Shown: positions 1 to 5,066 of the stretch, one piece after another
How positions within the stretch are numbered: the stretch's first letter is position 1
Layout: each line of letters begins with the position of its first letter
From: a virus
Lineage: Duplodnaviria; Heunggongvirae; Uroviricota; Caudoviricetes
DNA length: 7,024 bases
Reading direction: 5' to 3' (one strand)
Virus record (IMG/VR): IMGVR_UViG_2547132272_000021
Location: 1-7,024 of that record
Translations under genes and position numbers: made by a program
Notes under the pieces: generated by a model
Told to the model about the DNA's origin: nothing
The model's database searches: none
What the model saw: the letters and a program-made list of their open reading frames with translations, nothing else

Positions 1-82
1 CCATACCCACGGATTACGGGTGCTGGTCACTGCCCCTTCCAGCTTAAGCTCTCCGCTGAAATCCTCTCCCGGCGTGTTCCAG
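1..82 (-). pseudogene. Distal part of a host ORF interrupted by the insertion (exported-protein-like)
   Basis: The minus-strand frame is open from 82 to the window edge (...WNTPGEDFSGELKLEGAVTSTRNPWVW) and has no start codon of its own. It joins in frame to the 6981-7024 fragment once 83-6980 and one TCCAG copy are removed. Confidence 0.6.
78..82. repeat. Target-site duplication, left copy (TCCAG)
   Basis: TCCAG lies immediately outside the TG terminus at 83. An identical 5-mer lies immediately outside the CA terminus at 6980. The match does not extend on either side. A 5-bp duplication is the Mu transposition signature. Confidence 0.85.
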
Positions 83-87
83 TGTGA

Positions 88-109
88 TGGTTCATGATAA
101 ATACGAAAA
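88..109 (+). repeat. MuA-type transposase end-binding site, L1-like
   Basis: TGGTTCATGATAAATACGAAAA matches 18 of the 19 specified positions of TGNTTCAYTNNAARYRCGAAAR. It occupies nt 6-27 from the terminus, which is where I recall Mu L1 lying (TGTAT-TGATTCAC... in Mu, TGTGA-TGGTTCAT... here). Confidence 0.85.
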
Positions 110-215
110 GAATAATCCGGGATTAGGTTAGTAAAGACGGGAATAGATTGGAGTGAAAAATCTTTTGTATCAGCAGTTTGTTAGCGCAAAGATATGTGTT
201 GGTAAAGTTATCCCT

Positions 216-237
216 TCATTTCTGTGAAACACGAAAA
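216..237 (+). repeat. MuA-type end-binding site, L2-like (weaker first half)
   Basis: TCATTTCTGTGAAACACGAAAA matches the AARYRCGAAAR half perfectly, but the TTCAY half is degenerate, giving about 14 of 19 positions. It has the same orientation as L1. Confidence 0.6.
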
Positions 238-256
238 AATGAAAGGATTACGTGAT

Positions 257-278
257 TGTTTCACTAAAGAGGCGAAAA
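257..278 (+). repeat. MuA-type end-binding site, L3-like
   Basis: TGTTTCACTAAAGAGGCGAAAA matches 17 of 19 consensus positions and has the same orientation as L1. It starts 41 bp after the L2-like site, which resembles the L2-L3 spacing I recall for Mu attL. Confidence 0.75.
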
Positions 279-393
279 GATGGTTGATTGTATAAAGTCT
301 TCAAATATGTTCAAAACCGCTTCAATACTGCATTTGAAGCTGGTTTAAGGTGGGGCATAGGTGTCTGATAACAGAATTTACTATAAACTTTGT

Positions 394-403
394 TGATGCA
401 TCA
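394..403. promoter_or_regulatory. Perfect 10-bp palindrome TGATGCATCA (candidate operator)
   Basis: The sequence is self-complementary. It shares the TGCAT core with the 476-493 palindrome and with 505-509. Confidence 0.35.
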
Positions 404-426
404 TGAATTTAAATGTTTTTATTTAA

Positions 427-439
427 AATCAATGCGTTA
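427..439 (+). promoter_or_regulatory. IHF consensus match (WATCAANNNNTTR)
   Basis: AATCAATGCGTTA fits every specified position. It is preceded by an A/T-rich tract (405-426) and lies between the two TGCAT palindromes. Confidence 0.45.
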
Positions 440-475
440 GTGAATATTACATGATACATAGGTGTAAAGTAGCGC

Positions 476-493
476 ATTGCATATCTATGCAAT
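476..493. promoter_or_regulatory. Inverted repeat ATTGCATA-tc-TATGCAAT (candidate operator)
   Basis: It has 8-bp perfect arms and a 2-bp spacer. It lies about 25 bp upstream of the candidate promoter. Confidence 0.4.
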
Positions 494-516
494 ATGTGTC
501 GGATGTGCATAAACAC

Positions 517-545
517 TTGCCAACCAATTTTATTGTTGATAACTT
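517..545 (+). promoter_or_regulatory. Candidate sigma70 promoter of the immunity operon
   Basis: TTGCCA (517-522), a 17-bp spacer and TAACTT (540-545). Alternatives are TTGATA (536-541), 16 bp, GATAAA (558-563), or the TATAAA at 545-550. The choice between them is ambiguous. Confidence 0.35.
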
Positions 546-552
546 ATAAAAG

Positions 553-571
553 CACTCGATAAAGTCGAGTG
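553..571 (+). other. Stem-loop CACTCGA-taaag-TCGAGTG at or near the predicted 5' end of the immunity transcript
   Basis: It has a 7-bp perfect stem and a 5-nt loop, with no U-tract after it. It could be a 5' stabiliser hairpin or a palindromic operator overlapping the alternative -10. Confidence 0.3.
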
Positions 572-685
572 TCGGGCGTAGGAACCCGTGTAAGCACATG
601 GCGACACAAGACGCGCCAAGCGTCTTTTTTATTGTCGTAATATCAGCGCACCTGCATTCAGTGGCTTATGGTGCACCGTATCTAT

Positions 686-761
686 GGTGGCGCTGGTGGG
701 GCAGTCGAAAGGCTGGCCGGTTTCCTTGTGCGCCGGTATTCCTACCCCCGCCAGCGTCACC
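686..761 (+). ncRNA. P1 C4 / P4 CI-type immunity antisense RNA (about 76 nt)
   Basis: A 16-bp closing stem pairs 686-701 with 746-761 (14 Watson-Crick plus 2 G.U pairs). An inner hairpin pairs 717-720 with 733-736. Its 12-nt loop (721-732, TTTCCTTGTGCG) is complementary to 805-816 across the icd-like Shine-Dalgarno sequence. The single-stranded TTCCTAC (739-745) is complementary to GTAGGAA at 775-781 and 578-584. The size and position upstream of an Icd-like gene match the P1 C4 (77 nt) and P4 CI RNAs. Confidence 0.7.
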
Positions 762-774
762 GCCCCTTATGAGT

Positions 775-816
775 GTAGGAACTCAGGCGGTGACTCCTTA
801 AATTTGCACGAGGAGG
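775..816 (+). promoter_or_regulatory. Antisense-RNA target boxes (a2-like 775-781, b2-like 805-816) covering the icd-like RBS
   Basis: TGCACGAGGAGG (805-816) pairs with the RNA loop 721-732 through 8 Watson-Crick and 4 G.U pairs, and it contains the GAGGAGG SD (810-816). GTAGGAAC is repeated at 578-585, which is the a1-like copy. Confidence 0.6.
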
Positions 817-823
817 CTGCCAA

Positions 824-1021
824 ATGGCTACGACCCCAACCACTTTACGCTCTGAATTTACCTTTCATTTTCTGGCTGTTCGCCGTTCCGATCTGAACGA
901 CCGCCCACACCGCGAATCTATTAACGCACCTGATGAAGCAACTGCCCGTCGTATGCTGGCACGTGATTTTGTGTTGGTGTTTGCTGCCTGCATCCCTGCT
1001 AAAGGGGGTAAACATGAATAA
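824..1021 (+). CDS. icd: Host cell division inhibitor Icd-like protein (65 aa)
   Basis: The motif F.FLAVRRSDL..PH....A.DEA.ARRMLARDFVLVFAA is characteristic of Icd-like proteins of P1 and P4-type elements. A strong SD (GAGGAGG) lies 7 nt upstream of the ATG. Confidence 0.8.
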   Translation: MATTPTTLRSEFTFHFLAVRRSDLNDRPHRESINAPDEATARRMLARDFVLVFAACIPAKGGKHE

Positions 1022-1418
1022 TGTTGTCAAGTTTCCGGTGCGGAATAATAAAAAAGTTGCGAAATCGAGAGAAGATATTGCTGTAAATCTGTTTAAAGAT
1101 ATTGTTGCTGCTTTATCAAAACAGGCGCGTGACTATATTAATGATGGCGTTACCGGGATCAATGGATGCCTAGATGGTAATGGCGGATATGAAACCTTTC
1201 TATCCTCTTTGTTGCTTTATATTCGTGGCATTGACTCAAAAATTGGCCTGTTTAGTATGTCTCTTGATTCAATACATCCAATACTACATGATGCATGCAA
1301 TGACTTAACGAAAGTTATTTCCCTGACGGAGCGTTTTATTGAAAGTAGAGGCGTAATCGCAGAGGCGGCAAATGGAAAACTTACAGAAGAACAAACGCGG
1401 CAGACTTTCAAAAATTGA
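1014..1418 (+). CDS. Hypothetical protein (134 aa) in the ant/eps position of the immunity operon
   Basis: The ATG at 1014 is preceded by GGGGG (1004-1008) and overlaps the icd-like stop (ATGAATAA), which suggests translational coupling. I recognise no family for this protein. Confidence 0.6.
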   Translation: MNNVVKFPVRNNKKVAKSREDIAVNLFKDIVAALSKQARDYINDGVTGINGCLDGNGGYETFLSSLLLYIRGIDSKIGLFSMSLDSIHPILHDACNDLTKVISLTERFIESRGVIAEAANGKLTEEQTRQTFKN

Positions 1419-1734
1419 ATTGCTGCCTGAAAAGATAAAAAGGAAGCTTGATAAAATGCTTATCTCACGTAAGTATTCTCAGGCTGAAATTCTAAATATC
1501 ATAGATCAGGATATAGTAATAGCAGGGTGTTCAGAACTGGTCATATCCAAAACCGGATTGAACAGATATGCGATTAGTTTAATCAATGCTGTTTCGGTAG
1601 CCAAGAAGCATGGAGAAGTGTCTCGCCGTTATAAGCATGCCGAACTACACAGGAGACTTGATAAACTTGAATCAAAGATAGACAGATTAGGGACCAGACT
1701 TGAACGAGTGTTAGAGCTTCTCGAAAAACATTAA
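1372..1734 (+). CDS. Mu gp27 / DUF3486-like small-terminase-like DNA-binding protein (120 aa)
   Basis: The N-terminus KRGRLSKIELLPEKIKRKLDKML...SQAEIL...ISKTGLNRYA fits the R.SK+D.LP.E+R..+D..L......+..EI......+S+S.L.RY pattern of Mu-like gp27 proteins, followed by a coiled-coil C-terminus. An SD (GAGG) lies 6 nt upstream of the ATG. Confidence 0.6.
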   Translation: MENLQKNKRGRLSKIELLPEKIKRKLDKMLISRKYSQAEILNIIDQDIVIAGCSELVISKTGLNRYAISLINAVSVAKKHGEVSRRYKHAELHRRLDKLESKIDRLGTRLERVLELLEKH

Positions 1735-1741
1735 CTATCCC

Positions 1742-1767
1742 AAAGCCGCCCCGTGCGGCTTTTTTAT
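1742..1767 (+). terminator. Rho-independent terminator ending the immunity/terS-like operon
   Basis: AAAGCCGC-cccgt-GCGGCTTT gives an 8-bp stem that runs into a T6 tract, 8 nt after the stop codon. Confidence 0.85.
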
Positions 1768-1935
1768 TGTTTGGCACTCGCTGTACATATCAGCGCATAT
1801 TTCATGGAAAACGGTAAATCTATCTTCCCTAAAAATCCCGAGTAATCTCACAGCATCCAGAGCAAACGGAGATGGTTCTTTTTTGAAAAAATTATGTTTT
1901 ATCACAATCGGGGATAAACTTATTTTTGATTCCCA

Positions 1936-1970
1936 TATCCGCAATAATCGTTATCGTAACATTGCGGATA
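1936..1970. promoter_or_regulatory. 10-bp perfect inverted repeat TATCCGCAAT-N15-ATTGCGGATA (candidate regulator-binding dyad)
   Basis: It sits in the 287-bp non-coding gap (1768-2054) upstream of the Mor-like genes. It is interdigitated with CGTTATC (1949-1955) / GATAACG (1967-1973), and a tandem ATCGCGC-ATCGCGC lies at 1998-2011. Confidence 0.4.
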
Positions 1971-2054
1971 ACGTTAAGTTTGCTGCAAGCATTGGCTATC
2001 GCGCATCGCGCTCAAATGTACACAGGTATATGCAAAAGCTTAAGCGAGAAGATT

Positions 2055-2783
2055 ATGGCTAAACAAACCTTTAAAAATCTCATGTTAACGCCGCCACACA
2101 ATGATATTACAGCGATAAATAAATTCATTGTTTCTTCATGCTTTTCTCGTGATATCTGTGATGTTATGTCTTATATCGGTAAAATGGGATATGCATGTAA
2201 TTATAATGAAGTCAGTGAGCATGTGAAATTGATTGAAAAACAATTCCACGCAGTAAAACATGAACAGAGAGGCGAGTGTGAAATTGATGTTTTTTGTAAT
2301 GTCGCAGGCACCGCTCTCTTTAATGAATTTATATCTGTTTGCGGGAAACAGACGTTCTATCTTGATGCAATGAAATTTGAACCGGATTTTTTTAGTGGTG
2401 GCCCGGTTAAGCATATCCGCAAAACTGCTATTATCGCTTTATTGAGAAATGAAACAAAGATTCTTCCAGAAAGTGTGACCATGATTATGGGCGCTATTGA
2501 GGCGGCATTAAAAAAAATTGGAGTAGACCCACAAGAAGAAGTAAACAGCACGACAAAAATATTCATTGCAACAAAGGCATTTCTGGAAGTTGTAGGTGGA
2601 ATTCAGTTTTATTTACCTAAGGCCGACTCACTTAGTAGAATAATGAAAAAAGCAAATATATATGCAGATAGTTATGTTATGTCTCCTGCTGAACTAGCTA
2701 TTAAATATGGGGAGTCTGGTAAATCGATATACACAACAATAAAACATGTAGGAGCGGTTATTGGTAATCATGAGCAAAGTTAA
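2055..2783 (+). CDS. Mor/C-family transcriptional activator paralog with a roughly 130-aa N-terminal extension (242 aa; start uncertain, alternatively 2016)
   Basis: The C-terminal ~110 aa (LKKIGVDPQEE...VVGGIQFYLPKADSLSRIMKKANIY...MSPAELAIKYGESGKSIYTTIKH) aligns with Mu Mor as I recall it (LSRLGVDPAHS...LGGGQVYIPRGQALDSLIRDLRIW...VSELTTRYGVTFNTVYKAIRR). Confidence 0.65.
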   Translation: MAKQTFKNLMLTPPHNDITAINKFIVSSCFSRDICDVMSYIGKMGYACNYNEVSEHVKLIEKQFHAVKHEQRGECEIDVFCNVAGTALFNEFISVCGKQTFYLDAMKFEPDFFSGGPVKHIRKTAIIALLRNETKILPESVTMIMGAIEAALKKIGVDPQEEVNSTTKIFIATKAFLEVVGGIQFYLPKADSLSRIMKKANIYADSYVMSPAELAIKYGESGKSIYTTIKHVGAVIGNHEQS

Positions 2784-3192
2784 CATAAATAATGCACACA
2801 TATTACAAACAGGTCTGAGCCTCGGTATTGATGTAATGAGAAGTAATCTTCCTGAAGAGTTAAAACTTGTAGAACGTGCAGTTATTGAATCATGTAATGA
2901 TATTGGCTTAAATCCAGAGCATGAAATTAATGGTTTATCATTTATTGGTCGGGTCATATTAAAAATAATGGAACTACAAACCGGATGTAGTTTCATACCT
3001 GAGTATGCGATTGATTCATCCAGAATTATTTTTATTTCTAAAGTTGCTGCATATGCAGAAAAATTTGGAGCAGATAAAGCAGCCAAAGCCTACTCCATTA
3101 CAGTAGATCAGGTTACGGAAATGATGAATGAAGCAAGTATGTTTGTTTCCCAATTTGATGATTTTGGTATAGACAAGGAGAAAAGCCACTGA
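2770..3192 (+). CDS. Second Mor/C-family activator paralog (140 aa)
   Basis: LPEELKLVERAVIESCNDIGLNPEHEIN parallels LPESVTMIMGAIEAALKKIGVDPQEEVN of the upstream protein. G-C-S-F-IPE corresponds to the GG.Q.YIP motif, and the C-terminal AKAYSITVDQVTEMM is HTH-like. The gene overlaps the upstream gene by 14 nt. Confidence 0.5.
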   Translation: MSKVNINNAHILQTGLSLGIDVMRSNLPEELKLVERAVIESCNDIGLNPEHEINGLSFIGRVILKIMELQTGCSFIPEYAIDSSRIIFISKVAAYAEKFGADKAAKAYSITVDQVTEMMNEASMFVSQFDDFGIDKEKSH

Positions 3193-3246
3193 AACACGCT
3201 GTGATGTTGTTTTGTCTTATCGGCGGTGTTCTGGGTGCCCTGCACC

Positions 3247-3290
3247 TTTTTGAAGGTGCTACGGTGTTTTTGAAGGGGTTTTGAAGGGGG
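3247..3290 (+). repeat. Three direct TTTTGAAGG(G) repeats in the gap upstream of the gpI-like gene (candidate activator-dependent late promoter region)
   Basis: The copies are TTTTTGAAGG at 3247-3256, TTTTTGAAGGGG at 3267-3278 and TTTTGAAGGGGG at 3279-3290, with a degenerate TTTTGCA at 3291. The first copy lies inside the hairpin GCACCTT-tttg-AAGGTGC (3242-3259). I could not find a convincing sigma70 -35/-10 pair. Confidence 0.4.
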
Positions 3291-3300
3291 TTTTGCATCC

Positions 3301-4140
3301 ATGACAGAGGAACTAATGAATATAATCGCTTTATGCACTGATTTATCGGGTGATAAGACTCCTCCGGAATGGGTTGAGTTACTGCCAGCAGGACCGGAAA
3401 TTGAAGGGCGTGACGGAAGGAGCTGGACACTTAAAGATCCACAAAGCATTAAACAGGCGTTTTCGTGTCGCGGAATGTCACTTGTGGTCGATTATGAACA
3501 CTCTACAGAAGTGATTGCACCAAAAGGTGGCGAGGCTCCTGCCGCCGGATGGATTAATGACGTTGCTGTCCGTAATGATGGTTCTGTATGGGGAAGAGTT
3601 GAATGGACTCCACGGGCAATGAATTCCATTACATCCCGTGAATACCGATACCTTTCACCAGCGTTCCGTCATTCTCAGGATGGTGAAATACTGGAACTCG
3701 TTAGCGTGGCGTTAACGAATAAACCAAATCTGAAACTTACTGCGCTGAATACTCAGCAGACACTTAGCAAAATCGCACTGGCACTTAATATGGAGGAAGT
3801 TAATTCACTTGAAGAAGTGCTGACAGCGTTAAATAAAAGACAAGCTGAACAACATAGTCAGATTGTAAATGAATATATCGAAAAAGCTGTTTTCTGTCCG
3901 GCCCAGCGGAATATTCTTCTGTCCATGTGTTCAAGTGTTGGAGAAAATGCATTCAGGAAGTTTGCTGATATGCAGGAAAAATCGACGAGTAATTTTTTAC
4001 ACTTTGCTAGGCCTGTAAGTGTAAAAGGTAAAGAACCCCCGAGAACGCTTACTGAATCGCAACTGGCTGTTTGCCGCATTACAGGTGTAAGCGAAGAAGA
4101 CTATTTGATAGCTTTAGGAAAAGAAAATGAAAGATATTAA
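3301..4140 (+). CDS. Mu gpI-like prohead protease / scaffold (279 aa)
   Basis: PEWVELLPAGPEIEGRDGRSW...DYEHS...AGWI...VEWT..A...I....YRYLSPAF... is the Mu-like prophage I protein signature. The C-terminal third is helical and charged, which is scaffold-like. Confidence 0.85.
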   Translation: MTEELMNIIALCTDLSGDKTPPEWVELLPAGPEIEGRDGRSWTLKDPQSIKQAFSCRGMSLVVDYEHSTEVIAPKGGEAPAAGWINDVAVRNDGSVWGRVEWTPRAMNSITSREYRYLSPAFRHSQDGEILELVSVALTNKPNLKLTALNTQQTLSKIALALNMEEVNSLEEVLTALNKRQAEQHSQIVNEYIEKAVFCPAQRNILLSMCSSVGENAFRKFADMQEKSTSNFLHFARPVSVKGKEPPRTLTESQLAVCRITGVSEEDYLIALGKENERY

Positions 4141-5023
4141 TTGTGTAATTGCTGATGCTACTATCGCTTTTAACGCCAAGTTTGAATCAGGAAAAAAAGC
4201 CTACAATCCTGTACATCCAACGATTGCTTCAGAAGTAACGTCTTCATCGGCAGTTAGTGCTTATGGCTTCCTCGAAGATTTCCCGGAAATCAAAGAGTGG
4301 TTAAACGACCGACAGTTAAAATCACTGTCAACCCGTGATTATTTTCTGAAAAATAAAACGTTTGAAAGCAGCATTCAAATTAAACGTGAGGATTTTGAAG
4401 ATAATGATTATGGTAAGTATTCAATGGTTTTTGAACAGTACGGGCGCAAAGCGGCTGCATTCCCTGATAAGTTACTGTTTGAAGCTATGAAGAAAGGGCA
4501 CTTATCAGAAGGAATTGATGGGCATAACTTCTTTGCTACTGACCATCCTAATGGTGAAGGCGTTTATTCAAACCTCTATGGAAGCAATCCAGCAAAAAAT
4601 GCAGATGCAACGCCGTTATGGTACTTATTTGATGGTAGTCAGGGATTGAAACCTTTTATTTATCAGGTTCGTCGTCCAATGGCTGTAACTTCTGTTACTG
4701 ATTCCGGCGCTACCGATGTGTTTCTGAATAATCGTTTTCTGTTTGGTGTTGATGGGCGTCTTAATGTTGGATATGCAATGTGGCAATGCGCAGCGGCATC
4801 ATGGGATACGCTGAATGAAACCACATTTAATGAAGTGTACGACGGGATGTTATCCGTTAAGGGAAGTAGCGGTGAACCATTGGGAATCGTGCCTACTGTT
4901 ATTGTAGTCCCCGTATCGTTAAGAGCCGCAGCGGAAAAATTGCTGTTACGTCAGTATCTGGATAACGGGGAAGACAATCCAAATTATAAACGCGTGGAAA
5001 TTATTGTTTCACCATTTATTTGA
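4127..5023 (+). CDS. Mu gpT-like major capsid protein (298 aa)
   Basis: It is colinear with Mu T as I recall it, over segments such as YGFLEDFPEIKEWLNDRQ, FESSIQIKREDFEDN, DGHNFFATDHP, LKPFIYQ, NVGYAMWQ, VVPVSLR and NGEDNPNY. An AGGA SD lies 7 nt upstream, and the gene overlaps the gpI-like gene by 14 nt. Confidence 0.9.
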   Translation: MKDINCVIADATIAFNAKFESGKKAYNPVHPTIASEVTSSSAVSAYGFLEDFPEIKEWLNDRQLKSLSTRDYFLKNKTFESSIQIKREDFEDNDYGKYSMVFEQYGRKAAAFPDKLLFEAMKKGHLSEGIDGHNFFATDHPNGEGVYSNLYGSNPAKNADATPLWYLFDGSQGLKPFIYQVRRPMAVTSVTDSGATDVFLNNRFLFGVDGRLNVGYAMWQCAAASWDTLNETTFNEVYDGMLSVKGSSGEPLGIVPTVIVVPVSLRAAAEKLLLRQYLDNGEDNPNYKRVEIIVSPFI

Positions 5024-5029
5024 TAATTC

Positions 5030-5054
5030 GGAGGGGATTTCCCCTCCTGTTTTT
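5030..5054 (+). terminator. Rho-independent terminator/attenuator directly after the capsid gene
   Basis: GGAGGGG-attt-CCCCTCC gives a 7-bp GC-rich stem followed by TGTTTTT, 6 nt after the capsid stop codon. Confidence 0.75.
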
Positions 5055-5066
5055 ATGGGGAATATA

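Noticed and set aside
316-344. Bulged hairpin ACC-GCTTCAA-tactgcat-TTGAAGC-t-GGT as a possible terminator
   Set aside because: Neither strand has an adequate U-tract after the stem (TTAAGG on plus, TTTG on minus), and no gene ends nearby. Its function is unknown.
598-896. ORFs 598-801 and 684-896 (67 and 70 aa) overlapping the structured region upstream of the icd-like gene
   Set aside because: They have no SD, overlap each other and the icd-like start, and are low-complexity and Pro/Ala/Trp-rich. The region is better explained by the C4/CI-like RNA and its target boxes. I believe ORFs like 684-896 are what databases label Ash-family proteins, and these are likely translations of the RNA locus.
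1735-1944. Minus-strand 69-aa ORF in the gap between the two operons
   Set aside because: It would run through the rho-independent terminator hairpin and abut the terS-like stop codon. It has no SD and no recognisable family.
3242-3259. Hairpin GCACCTT-tttg-AAGGTGC as the terminator of the Mor-like operon
   Set aside because: The T-run follows only after 7 intervening nucleotides, and the stem overlaps the first TTTTGAAGG repeat. It is more likely part of the promoter/regulatory region.
1768-3300. P2 Ogr / P4 Delta-type activator boxes (TGT-N12-ACA) in the two intergenic regions
   Set aside because: I checked each TGT by eye and found no TGT-N12-ACA match. This argues against a P2/P4-type late-gene control logic.
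3790-4140. Internal start (ATG 3790, in frame) producing a separate scaffold protein, analogous to Mu gpZ within gene I
   Set aside because: It is plausible by analogy, but no SD precedes the ATG and I cannot support it from sequence alone.
933-5066. Longer ORF-track starts (933 for the 134-aa ORF; TTG 1926; TTG 2761; TTG 5004)
   Set aside because: The downstream ATGs at 1014, 2055, 2770 and 5067 have better SD spacing. They also avoid overlapping upstream genes, regulatory repeats or the terminator. The start at 2055 remains the least certain.
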